A stretch of 64,000 bases of DNA from an uncultured Actinomycetes bacterium (GTDB taxonomy: Bacteria; Actinomycetota; Thermoleophilia; RBG-16-64-13): the NCBI GenBank assembly GCA_963718375.1, contig CAVQZD010000005.1:186614-250613 (forward strand), given 5' to 3'. A model generated the notes under the pieces. The model did not search any database and was not told where the DNA came from. It was given only the letters and a program-made list of their open reading frames with translations. This document shows, one piece after another, positions 38,254 through 47,234 of the stretch; the stretch's first letter is position 1; the number at the start of each line of letters is the position of its first letter. The position numbers and the translations under genes are program-made.

Positions 38254-38757
38254 GTGGCCCGACGCAAGGGACTCGTCATCAGTGACGAGCAGATGAAGGT
38301 TATTGATGGCGTGCTCTCGAAGCTGCAGCATGTGACCGGTTCGCATTTCGTCGCTCTCATCTCCACAAGCGGTCAGCCCATTACGGTATCTCCGGCCGAC
38401 GCTCAATCAGACACGCTGTCGCTGGCCGCGCTCGCTGCGGGTTCTTTCGCGGCCACACGACAATTGGCTGAGGTCCTCAAAGAGCGCGAGTTCACACTCC
38501 TCTTCCACGAGGGCAAGGAGTCGAACCTGCATGTGATCCAAGTCACGGACCAGATCCTCATGCTGCTGACTTTTGGACACGAGACTCAAGTGGGATTGGT
38601 CCGTCTCTACACCACTCGCGCGCTTGCGGTGTTGAAGCCCATCTTTGAGCGTTCCGAGGACAGTGACGGGGAGGCCCGGCTTATCGACCAGGAGTACTCT
38701 CTTGAGGCCGGGACTGCGCTCGATGACCTGTTCAACGAACAGGACTCGGAACAGTAA
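38254..38757 (+). CDS. mglB: Roadblock/LC7-domain protein MglB (GTPase-activating protein for MglA)
   Basis: From GTG 38254 (GAAGGAGGG RBS): KGLVISDEQMKVIDGVLSKLQHVTGSHFVALISTSGQPIT...LSLAALAAGSFAATRQLAEVL...LVRLYTTRALAVLKPIFE, collinear with Myxococcus MglB. An acidic C-terminal tail follows. Confidence 0.8.
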   Translation: MARRKGLVISDEQMKVIDGVLSKLQHVTGSHFVALISTSGQPITVSPADAQSDTLSLAALAAGSFAATRQLAEVLKEREFTLLFHEGKESNLHVIQVTDQILMLLTFGHETQVGLVRLYTTRALAVLKPIFERSEDSDGEARLIDQEYSLEAGTALDDLFNEQDSEQ

Positions 38758-38770
38758 CGGGGGAGCTACT

Positions 38771-39355
38771 GTGGCACTCATCAACCTAGCGGCCAGGGAG
38801 ATCAACTACAAGATCGTCTACTATGGCTGCGGTCTCTGCGGGAAGACTACGAACATCCAGTACATCCATCGACGGGTCAACCCTGCCGCTCGGGGTCGCC
38901 TAGTCAGCATCGCTACGGAAGAAGAGCGCACCCTGTACTTCGACTTCCTTCCGCTCTCACTGGGGACGGTGAAGGGCCTTCGTACCAGGTTCCATCTGTA
39001 CACCGTTCCAGGTCAGTCGTTCTACAATGCATCGCGAAAGCTGGTGTTGCAGGGCGTCGACGGTATCGTCTTCGTCGCGGACAGCCAGGTATCGAGGCTC
39101 GATGAGAACGTGGACAGCTATCTGAACCTGTGGGACAACCTGCGATCGCAGAATGAGGACCTCTCGAGCCTGGGGATGGTCCTGCAGATGAACAAGCGTG
39201 ATCTAGGCAACATATTCAGCGTGAGCGATCTAACAGAACTCCTCAACCACACGGGATCTCCTGTGTTGGAGGCGTGTGCGCTCACAGGGGTGGGTGTGTT
39301 TGAGACGCTGAAGACCGTCTGCAAGCAAGTGATAGCCAAGAGTTCTCGCTCCTGA
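38771..39355 (+). CDS. mglA: Ras-like small GTPase MglA (motility/polarity regulator)
   Basis: From GTG 38771: [24 protein letters not shown]...[53 protein letters not shown]...NKRDL...GVGVFETLK aligns essentially residue-for-residue with M. xanthus MglA ([19 protein letters not shown]...[33 protein letters not shown]). Confidence 0.9.
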   Translation: [194 protein letters not shown]

Positions 39356-39393
39356 CCTAGCGGCCTCGTGTAGGGCTCGCTGGAGATAGTAAG

Positions 39394-39467
39394 TCGGGAC
39401 GGCCGGATTTGAACCGGCGACCTTCCGGCCCCCAGCCGGATGCGCTACCAAACTACGCCACGTCCCG
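39394..39467 (-). tRNA. tRNA-Pro (anticodon GGG)
   Basis: Minus-strand sequence CGGGACGUGGCGUAGUUUGGUAGCGCAUCCGGCUGGGGGCCGGAAGGUCGCCGGUUCAAAUCCGGCCGUCCCGA. The 7-bp acceptor stem CGGGACG/CGUCCCG closes the usual four-arm cloverleaf, with T-loop TTCAAAT and anticodon loop CU-GGG-GG. No encoded CCA. Confidence 0.9.
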
Positions 39468-39505
39468 ATGCGCTGCCAGATTATAGCGCGCCCTCAGCGG
39501 TCGCA

Positions 39506-40196
39506 CTACAGGGCGCCGGCGTCTGTGTCGGAGCCGGGCAGGTCCGCAGTGTCCTCGTCCTTCGGACTCCACGGGAACACCACCTTCGGTTCGGTCCCCT
39601 GCAGGAGGCGCTTCATGTTCCCACGATGAGCCCACAGCACCACGGCAGCCATGAGCGTGCACGCGACGACGTAGGCCAGCGGAACCGCCCAGACTCCAGT
39701 GCCATAGCGGTAGAGAAGGCCCGCCAGTACGGGCAGTGAGATCGTGCACGTGATCGACGCTATAGAGACTGTACGTGTCACCAGCAGGATGACAACGAAG
39801 AGCACTAGCAGACAGGCCATGGGCAAAGGCAGCATGGCGACGGCAGCGCCGGCACCGGTGGCCAGCCCCTTCCCTCCCCTACCCCTGAGAAAGACAGAGA
39901 ACGTGTGCCCGATGACCGTGGCGAACGCCACGAGCACGGTGACCACAGGGTTGCTGAGATATCGGGCGAGGACCACCGGGATCACTCCCTTGAGCACGTC
40001 GCACACTAGGACTACTATGCCCAAGTCGTTTTCCCAGCACACGAAAGGCGTTGGTAGTACCTGGGTTCCCGCTCCCATGTTCTCGAAGGTCGATGCCTTT
40101 GATCGCTTTGCCCAGGAAGACACTGGGAGACAACGAGCCCATCAGGTAGCCGAACAACACGAGGCCTACGGCTGTCAAAACGGACTCCTGGCTCAC
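39506..40196 (-). CDS. plsY: Glycerol-3-phosphate acyltransferase PlsY, with one frameshift near 40016-40024
   Basis: ORF 39879..40196 reads MSQESVLTAVGLVLFGYLMGSLSPSVFLGKAIKGIDLREHGSGNPGTTNAFRVLGKRLG. ORF 39506..40123 continues IVVLVCDVLKGVIPVVLARYL...FLRGRGGKGLATGAGA. An extra G in the run cttGGGcat fuses the two. Confidence 0.85.
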
Positions 40197-41512
40197 GAAT
40201 ACCTCTCCTCTTTACCCTCGAAGTCGATGACCAACGGCACACCCTCGAGCGCGTACTCTTGTCGCAGCTGGTTCTCCAGGAAGTATGCGTAAGGCTTGTT
40301 CACTAATGCGCGTGCGTTGACCATGATCTTGAAGCGTGGTGGCGCTTGCCCATATTGGACCACGTAGAAGGTCTTGATGGCTTTGCCGCCCTTGGACGCC
40401 GAGGGGTGCTTGCCTTGCAGTGAACTGAGCCAGCGATTGAGTTCCGCCGTGGGGATCCTGCCCGCGTACTTGTTGTAGAGACCCCTGGCCAGCGGCAGTA
40501 TGCGGTCGATACCGCGCCCGCTGACAGCGGATACTGTCAGATGTGGGGGCTTCATCTGCACACGTGCCCCGACGCGTTCGACAGCCATATCAAGGTCGAT
40601 GGTCGCGATGTCCCATTTGTTGAAAAGGATCGCTGTGGCGCACTTCGCCCTCTGTGCTTCGTAAGCGACCTGGAGGTCGAGGTCGGTGAGACCTTCGCTG
40701 GCGTCCACTACTACCAGGGCCACATCGCTGCGTTCCAGTGCTTTGAGAGCCCGGAGCGAACTGAAGTACTCGACGTCGGTAGTCGTTCTCTTGCCCGGCC
40801 TCCGCAGTCCCGCCGTGTCCACCAATACGAGCGGCTCACCCTCGTGTACCAACCCTGTGTCTATGGCGTCCCGGGTGGTACCAGGGATAGCCGAGACTAT
40901 CGTGCGCGAGTTCCCCAGAAGCGCATTGAGCAGTGAGCTCTTGCCCACATTAGGTCTGCCAACGATGGCGACGCGCATGGGCATGGTCTCTTCGTCTTCG
41001 TCAGTCTCGGGCGGCAAGGCGTCCACGATCTTGTCGAGCAGGTCCCCCACGCCCAGTCCGTGCTCGGCTGAGATACCAACCGGCTCTCCTAGGCCCAGAC
41101 CCCAGTAGTCGTGCAGCATCCCTTGCGCGACTTTCGTGTCCTGCTTGTTGACAGCCAGCAGCACGGGCACGCCGGAGCGCCGCAGCAGGTCAGCGATCTC
41201 CTTGTCTTGGGGCACCACGCCCGTCTTGCCTTCGACTACGAACACCGCGACGGCCGCATCGGTGACCGCAACGCGGGCCTGCGTCCTCACTTCATCGCTC
41301 AGCGGTTGATCGCTCTGCAGATCGATGCCTCCGGTATCGACAGTGATGAACCGGCGACCATTCCACTCCCCCACTCCCTCTTTGCGATCACGAGTGACAC
41401 CAGCCTCTGGAGCTACAACTGCGTCGCGAGTTCCGGTGATGCGGTTGTATAACGTGGATTTGCCCACGTTGGGGTAACCGATTATGGCGACACGAGGCAT
41501 CCCACTGGTCAT
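40193..41512 (-). CDS. der: Ribosome-associated GTPase Der/EngA (tandem GTPase domains plus a KH-like domain)
   Basis: Two G domains (VAIIGYPNVGKSTLYN...DTGG; VAIVGRPNVGKSSLLN...DTAG) and the C-terminal KH-like domain. 439 aa, intact. Confidence 0.95.
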   Translation of the reverse strand: MTSGMPRVAIIGYPNVGKSTLYNRITGTRDAVVAPEAGVTRDRKEGVGEWNGRRFITVDTGGIDLQSDQPLSDEVRTQARVAVTDAAVAVFVVEGKTGVVPQDKEIADLLRRSGVPVLLAVNKQDTKVAQGMLHDYWGLGLGEPVGISAEHGLGVGDLLDKIVDALPPETDEDEETMPMRVAIVGRPNVGKSSLLNALLGNSRTIVSAIPGTTRDAIDTGLVHEGEPLVLVDTAGLRRPGKRTTTDVEYFSSLRALKALERSDVALVVVDASEGLTDLDLQVAYEAQRAKCATAILFNKWDIATIDLDMAVERVGARVQMKPPHLTVSAVSGRGIDRILPLARGLYNKYAGRIPTAELNRWLSSLQGKHPSASKGGKAIKTFYVVQYGQAPPRFKIMVNARALVNKPYAYFLENQLRQEYALEGVPLVIDFEGKEERYS

Positions 41513-42357
41513 GCTTGCGTCTCCTCAAGGGCTTGCACCACTGCATCTATCTGGTCGGATGGCGTTGACGCGCCGGCCGTCACCCCCACTACGTTCGCTC
41601 CGTTGAACCAAGCGGCTTGGAGTTCGTCCGCTGACTCCACATGGTGAGTGCGCGGTTGGCGCTGCTTACAGAGCTCGGCGAGTCTGCGAGTATTGCCCGA
41701 CTCCCTCCCACCCACGACGACGACCACATCGACGTCAGAGGCCATTTCCAGGGCCGCACTCTGTCGCACCTCGGTGGCATTGCAGATGGTGTTGTGCACC
41801 AGCAACTGCCTGGCCACCGGGGCCAGGGTGGCTACCAGCTCGGCCAGTCGCTCCTTGGACTGCGTCGTCTGTACCACTACACCCAGCTTGGAGCTCGGCA
41901 GACTCTCCGGCAGGTCGGCGGCAGACTCAACGACCAACGACTTCTCGCCCGCGTATGACTTCAGGGCCAGGACCTCCGGATGGTCCCGATCACCGAGGAT
42001 GATGACGTAGTAGCCATCCTGGGAGAGGCGAGCGGCCTTATCCTGGGCCGAGGTGACGAAAGGACAAGTCGCGTCGACTAGACTGACGGACGAGAGCGCG
42101 AGCTCCTCTCGCACTGACTTCGGCACCCCGTGCGAGCGAAGTATCACCGTTCCCTCAGGCGCTTGCGCCGGCTCGGACACTACCCCGACGCCCTTGTCGT
42201 GCAGGTCTGACACCACGCTGGGGTTGTGGATGAGCGGTCCCAGGGTGTTGACGGGCTTCTGCGCCCCAGCCGCAGCATCCAGTGTGAGTTGGAGTGCCCT
42301 TTCCACTCCGGGGCAGAAGCCGGCGCTGTCAGATACGCGAACGATCAGTGGACTCAT
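41509..42357 (-). CDS. ispH: 4-hydroxy-3-methylbut-2-enyl diphosphate reductase
   Basis: MSPLIVRVSDSAGFCPGVERAL...GPLIHNPSV...HGV...ATCPFVT...TICNAT conserved-Cys and His pattern. The ATG at 42357 shares one base with the stop of the upstream cmk::plsC ORF. Confidence 0.88.
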   Translation of the reverse strand: MSPLIVRVSDSAGFCPGVERALQLTLDAAAGAQKPVNTLGPLIHNPSVVSDLHDKGVGVVSEPAQAPEGTVILRSHGVPKSVREELALSSVSLVDATCPFVTSAQDKAARLSQDGYYVIILGDRDHPEVLALKSYAGEKSLVVESAADLPESLPSSKLGVVVQTTQSKERLAELVATLAPVARQLLVHNTICNATEVRQSAALEMASDVDVVVVVGGRESGNTRRLAELCKQRQPRTHHVESADELQAAWFNGANVVGVTAGASTPSDQIDAVVQALEETQA

Positions 42358-43682
42358 CACCTTTCTACCGGAGTCGCCAAGAGCGTCTCTAGCGCTGCCT
42401 GCACTCGTTCCGTGACTATGCGCGCTTTGTCGGCGCGCGACACCTCGGGCCCCGGCATCACGATGGGCGGCCCAAAGAGTAAGTCCACTTTCGGGAAGTG
42501 TGGGTAGCCATGCTTGAAGCACAGATCGGTGCCGCGCAGCACGGCCGGCACAGTGACCACACCCTCCCTCAGGGAGAAGAGGCTGATCCCGGGCCTCAGT
42601 TCTCCAAGGCCCGGCCCCTTATGGCAGTGCCCTTCGGGGAAGAGCCCGAGGACTCCTTCCGCGTCCAGGATCTCGATAGCCTTCTTGATCGCAGCGCGGT
42701 CCACCTCTCCCCTACTCACCGGAAAGGTGCCGAATCTCTCCATCGCCCAGGCCAATGGCTTGAACTTCCAGAGTTCCACTTTGGCCATGTAGTGGATCTG
42801 CCGAGGGGCGTTGATGCCAAGAAAGAAAGGGTCGGTCATGGCCTTGTGATTGCAGGCCACGATGACCGGTCCGGCTAAGGGGAAGTTCTCCACCCCGACC
42901 ACCCGCATACGGTAGAAGAACCGCCAGGTCGGGCCCAGTACCGCGTAGATCATGCGGTAGAGGAAGGTGTCCAGGGGACCCTTCTGCAGGTGCGACAGTC
43001 TCCATCGGGGATATCTCTTCTGTTGGGACTGGCGCGCGATGCCGCACACGGTCTCAATGACCTCTTCGATGGCCATAGAGGTCGTATCCACTTCAATGGC
43101 GTCCTCCGCCTTGCGGAGTGGCGCGGTCTCTCTTCCCGAGTCCAGAGCATCCCTGGTCATAATCTCCTTGGCCAAGTCTTCGGCGGACGTGTGAACGCCC
43201 TGGGCTTCGAGCTGCGCCTGGCGCCTGCGTGCTCTCTCCTCAACGCTCGCCGTCAGGAATATCTTGACCTCAGCGTCAGGGACTACCACGGTGCCTAGGT
43301 CTCTACCTTCAAGCACCACGTTGCCCCGATGCGCCTCATCACGCTGTCTGACTGTCAGCACGTCTCTCACTGACGGCTCCGCGGAGACCGCCGACACATT
43401 CTTGGAGACGACCGGACCTCGGATCTCCAGACTGATCTCTCTGTCACCCACGAATGCCTTGGTCAGATCATCATCCTGAACTTGGAACCGTAGATCAGCC
43501 GCGTCAGCAAGCGAGGCGACCTCCGCAAGGCGATCGGGCACGAGCCCAGCCTCGAGCGCCAGTAGGGTCACGGCTCGGTACATCGCACCCGTATCCAGGT
43601 AGCGCATACCCAGCCTCTTGGCCACTTCTCTCGCGATGGTGCTCTTGCCCGACCCGGCTGGGCCGTCTATGGCGATGATCAT
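42357..43682 (-). CDS. cmk: Apparent in-frame fusion of cytidylate kinase (N-terminal ~222 aa) and 1-acyl-sn-glycerol-3-phosphate acyltransferase PlsC-like domain (C-terminal ~200 aa)
   Basis: N-terminus MIIAIDGPAGSGKSTIAREVAKRLGMRYLDTGAMYRAV...EGRDLGTVV...KIFLTASVEERARRR (Cmk). C-terminus LAGPVIVACNHKAMTDPFFLG...GTFPVSRG...GVLGLFPEGHCH has acyltransferase motifs I-III. 441 aa in one frame with no internal stop. Confidence 0.75.
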   Translation of the reverse strand: MIIAIDGPAGSGKSTIAREVAKRLGMRYLDTGAMYRAVTLLALEAGLVPDRLAEVASLADAADLRFQVQDDDLTKAFVGDREISLEIRGPVVSKNVSAVSAEPSVRDVLTVRQRDEAHRGNVVLEGRDLGTVVVPDAEVKIFLTASVEERARRRQAQLEAQGVHTSAEDLAKEIMTRDALDSGRETAPLRKAEDAIEVDTTSMAIEEVIETVCGIARQSQQKRYPRWRLSHLQKGPLDTFLYRMIYAVLGPTWRFFYRMRVVGVENFPLAGPVIVACNHKAMTDPFFLGINAPRQIHYMAKVELWKFKPLAWAMERFGTFPVSRGEVDRAAIKKAIEILDAEGVLGLFPEGHCHKGPGLGELRPGISLFSLREGVVTVPAVLRGTDLCFKHGYPHFPKVDLLFGPPIVMPGPEVSRADKARIVTERVQAALETLLATPVER

Positions 43683-43707
43683 AAGCGCATTGCTCCTGAG
43701 TCGGGTT

Positions 43708-45057
43708 TCAGCTCTCGGGCGCCGAGCGCCCGCCCAGTTCGCCGAGAGTCTCGCGGAACCCTGGAAACGAGACAGCCATACACTCCAGGTCGTCGATGCG
43801 GACCGATGCAGACGATGCGCAGCCGGCTACCGCACCGACCATGGCCAGGCGGTGATCGGCGTAGGTCCGCACGTCTCCCCCCTCCCAGCCCTGCGGTCTA
43901 CCTTCGATCTCGAGGCCGTCAGGGCGTTGTCCCACCTTTACCCCCAGGGATACCAGAAGATGTGCCATCGCGTTCAGGCGGTCGCTCTCCTTGACCCTGA
44001 GTTCCTGGGCACCAGTGACGGTCGACTTGCCCCTCGCTTTGGCCGCCGCCAGCATGAACGCTGGCAGCTCGTCTATGAGGTTCGGGACTTCGGAGGGGTC
44101 TATGTCAGTAGCCGCCAACTGAGAGTACCGGGCAGTGATGCGCCCGACCGGCTCTTCGGCCATAGGATCAGAGACCTCCACGGTCAGGTCAGCACCCATG
44201 CGCCCCAGCGCCATCAAGAGCCCCGTACGAGTCGGATTCAGGCCGACTCCCTCAACCGTCACTTCCGACCCAGGCACCAGCAGAGCCGCAACCAGTAGGA
44301 AAGCCGCAGAACTGAAGTCCCCGGGCACGTAGATTCTGGACAGCGCAAGCTTCTCCACCGGCCACACGCGGACAGTCCCGGGGCCGCCCTGCTCCCCCTC
44401 GCGTTCGACACGGCCTCCACCTTGTCTGATCATGCGCTCCGTATGATCTCGCGACGAGCCTGGCTCGCTGACGCTGGTCGGGCCGTCGGCACGAAGTCCG
44501 GCCATCAGGAGACATGACTTCACTTGGGCTGAGGCGACCTCCAACACGTGGTCGACGCCTCGAGGGCGACCCCCTCTGATGGTGATAGGCGGTAGAGTGT
44601 CGGACGCCCGACCCGCGACATGGACCCCCATGGCCGCAAGTGGCCTCAGCACCCTGCCCATCGGTCGGCGCCTGATGCTCCCATCGCCCGTCAATATGGT
44701 GAGAAAGTCGCGACCGGCCACGACCCCTGGCAACAGCCGAATGAGCGTTCCGGAGTTGGCTACGTCGATGACATCCTCTGGCTCCTTCAGCCCCTCCCAT
44801 CCGGCTCCGTCGACAGTCAGGCCTGCGTCGTGCTCGCATATCGCCACGCCCAGTGTGCGAACGGCTCTCAGCGTGGCAAGGGTATCGGCGGAACGCAAGA
44901 AGCCCGTTATCTCGACAGGGCCATCGCTGACGGCACCCAGCAGCACGGCACGGTGCGAGATCGATTTGTCACCCGGCACTCGGACGGTCCCCCGAAGCCC
45001 ATCCGTGGCGGGCAAGAAGACCCCTGAGGATGATGTCTCGACTGTGGATGCTCTCAT
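43708..45057 (-). CDS. aroA: 3-phosphoshikimate 1-carboxyvinyltransferase (EPSP synthase)
   Basis: VPGDKSISHRAVLLGAV...LRSADTLATL...LVANSGTLIRLL...DHRLAMVGAVAG. 449 aa. Confidence 0.93.
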   Translation of the reverse strand: MRASTVETSSSGVFLPATDGLRGTVRVPGDKSISHRAVLLGAVSDGPVEITGFLRSADTLATLRAVRTLGVAICEHDAGLTVDGAGWEGLKEPEDVIDVANSGTLIRLLPGVVAGRDFLTILTGDGSIRRRPMGRVLRPLAAMGVHVAGRASDTLPPITIRGGRPRGVDHVLEVASAQVKSCLLMAGLRADGPTSVSEPGSSRDHTERMIRQGGGRVEREGEQGGPGTVRVWPVEKLALSRIYVPGDFSSAAFLLVAALLVPGSEVTVEGVGLNPTRTGLLMALGRMGADLTVEVSDPMAEEPVGRITARYSQLAATDIDPSEVPNLIDELPAFMLAAAKARGKSTVTGAQELRVKESDRLNAMAHLLVSLGVKVGQRPDGLEIEGRPQGWEGGDVRTYADHRLAMVGAVAGCASSASVRIDDLECMAVSFPGFRETLGELGGRSAPES

Positions 45058-46220
45058 TCGACCGTATCCCTGCTGTCGGCTACTCTGGATGGATATCCGA
45101 GGCTTGTGAGCAACTTCTCGGCTCTCTCTGCCACATCCTCACCGGATACGAATATCTCGAGATCTCCACCGACGCTGCGGCTCATGTGATGCAGAGTGAG
45201 ATCCTCCACGTTGATGCCGGCTTCGCCCAGAGCGGCCAACACTTCGGCAATGACCCCCGGCACGTCGGAAACGCGCACGGTCACCCTGTATAGAGTACCC
45301 GGAGCGATGTCGGCGAGCTCAAGCATCTCTTCCCGATAGCCGGCCGCGGACTCGATCGATCTCATGAGCTCTTCGGTGTCGCAGGATTCCAGACTCATGG
45401 AGAAATCCCTGAGCATGTCAGAGACAGCCCGCGCAGACTCGGCCAGGGCCTCTCTGTTCTCCAAGAAGATATCCCGCCACATGGGCGGATTGGCCCCCGC
45501 CACCCGCGTGAGGTCGGTGAAGCTGGGACCGACCCATTGAAGTGCTCGTTTGCCTCCGACGTCGAAGCGTCCCGCGTGCTGCATGAGCGTGTTGGCGAGC
45601 ACGTGAGGCAAGTGACTGATCACCGCCAATAGACGGTCATGAACCGCCGCATCGATGTGAGTGGCTCGCGCCCCCACGTCTGACACGAACGCCTGGAGCA
45701 TCGCATAGAGTTTGGGAAAGGCTTCTTCAGTGCTGCACAAGAAGTACGTGGCGTCCTCGAAGAGATCGGCGCGGGCGTACTGCACCCCTGAGTCGGCCGC
45801 ACCACATATCGGGTGGCCGCCGATGAAGATGGAACGCGCTTCCGCAGACAAGGCTCCCATGATGGCCGACTTGGTGCTGCCCATGTCGGTGATGAGCCGA
45901 GGGCGTGGCTCTGCGCCGGCGCACTCCTCAACGAGCGCAGCGATACTGCGCACTGGAGTCGAGACGACCACAAGGTCCGCATAGGCCGCAGCTTCCGCAG
46001 GGCTCGAAGCCGCCTCGGTTATGACGCCCGCTGCAATAGCTTGCTCAAGCGCTTGGGCATCAGTGTCAAACCCTATGACCTCATCGACCGCGGCGCGGGC
46101 CTGAGCGGCCATGGCCAGGCTCCCGCCCATCATGCCTACACCTACTATGGCAAGTCTGTGAACCCCGCTATGTCCGCGATCGCTCGTCACTCGGCCTAGC
46201 CCAGGGTCTTGCCGACCCAC
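45054..46220 (-). CDS. tyrA: Prephenate dehydrogenase with a C-terminal ACT domain
   Basis: Rossmann fold LAIVGVGMMGGSLAMAA and the PDH core (MGSTKSAI...GHPICG). C-terminal ACT (YRVTVRVSDVPGVIAEVLAALGEAGINVEDL). The 5' end overlaps the aroG stop, so the start is uncertain. Confidence 0.88.
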   Translation of the reverse strand: MGRQDPGLGRVTSDRGHSGVHRLAIVGVGMMGGSLAMAAQARAAVDEVIGFDTDAQALEQAIAAGVITEAASSPAEAAAYADLVVVSTPVRSIAALVEECAGAEPRPRLITDMGSTKSAIMGALSAEARSIFIGGHPICGAADSGVQYARADLFEDATYFLCSTEEAFPKLYAMLQAFVSDVGARATHIDAAVHDRLLAVISHLPHVLANTLMQHAGRFDVGGKRALQWVGPSFTDLTRVAGANPPMWRDIFLENREALAESARAVSDMLRDFSMSLESCDTEELMRSIESAAGYREEMLELADIAPGTLYRVTVRVSDVPGVIAEVLAALGEAGINVEDLTLHHMSRSVGGDLEIFVSGEDVAERAEKLLTSLGYPSRVADSRDTVE

Positions 46221-47233
46221 TCGACCATGGCCTTGACACGGGCAGTGACCGCCGTGAATTGGCGCGGGTCGAGCGATTGGGCGCCGTCCGAAAGCGCTGT
46301 CTCCGGCGTCGGATGCATCTCGATCATCAGGCCATCGGCGCCGGCAGCGATCGCTGCCAGAGAAAGCGGTTCGACCAGGTCGGTCTTTCCCGCCGCATGG
46401 CTGGGATCGACAACCACAGGCAGATGACTCCGCTGCTTGATGATAGGGATGGCGGATATGTCCAGGGTGTTGCGAGTCGCCGTCTCGAACGTGCGTATTC
46501 CTCGCTCACACAAGATGACTTGTTCGTTGCCCTCTTTGACGATGTACTCGGCAGCCATGAGCAGCTCTTCGATGGTGGCGGCAAGACCCCGCTTCAACAG
46601 TATCGGCCGGTCGACCTCGCCGACGGCTGAGAGCAGCTGGAAGTTCTGCATATTGCGGGCACCTATCTGGATGATGTCGGAGTACTCCGCAACAGCGGCC
46701 AAGTGACGCGGGTCCATGAGCTCAGTGACTATCGGAAGCCCGGTGGACTCACGAGCTTCGGCGAGTATCTCGAGCCCCTCCACGCCCAACCCCTGGAAGG
46801 CGTAGGGTGAAGTCCTCGGCTTGTAGGCACCACCGCGCAGCATGGTGGCCCCCGCGGCCTTGACCTGAGCGGCCGCGAGCAACAATTGCTCCTTGCTCTC
46901 CACCGAGCAGGGTCCGGCGATCAGCCCCACGTGTCCGCCGCCCAGGCTGGTACCTCCCACGGTGACTACCGTGTCGCTGCGCCGAAACTCTCTGCTGACC
47001 AGCTTGTAGGGCTTGAGGATCGGCACGACCTTGTCGACGCCGGGGTATGCCTCCAAGGGAAGTCCGGCGATGACATCACGTTCCCCCACGACACCTATCA
47101 CCGTCACAACATCACTGGTGGACACACGACCTGCCGCGCCGGCCTCCTCCAGGAGTTCGATGATGCGAGCGACGTCCTCCGACGAAGCGGTCTCTTGCAT
47201 GACGATCATCATCTCGGTGCTTGCACCTTCCAT
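46196..47233 (-). CDS. aroG: 3-deoxy-7-phosphoheptulonate (DAHP) synthase, type I-beta, with an N-terminal ferredoxin-like/ACT regulatory domain
   Basis: ~70-aa N-terminal regulatory domain (MIVMQETASSEDVARIIELLEEAG), then the KDO8PS-like core: GPCSVES...KPRTSPYAFQGLG...NMQNF...DPSHAAG. Confidence 0.88.
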   Translation of the reverse strand: MEGASTEMMIVMQETASSEDVARIIELLEEAGAAGRVSTSDVVTVIGVVGERDVIAGLPLEAYPGVDKVVPILKPYKLVSREFRRSDTVVTVGGTSLGGGHVGLIAGPCSVESKEQLLLAAAQVKAAGATMLRGGAYKPRTSPYAFQGLGVEGLEILAEARESTGLPIVTELMDPRHLAAVAEYSDIIQIGARNMQNFQLLSAVGEVDRPILLKRGLAATIEELLMAAEYIVKEGNEQVILCERGIRTFETATRNTLDISAIPIIKQRSHLPVVVDPSHAAGKTDLVEPLSLAAIAAGADGLMIEMHPTPETALSDGAQSLDPRQFTAVTARVKAMVEWVGKTLG

Positions 47234-47234
47234 C

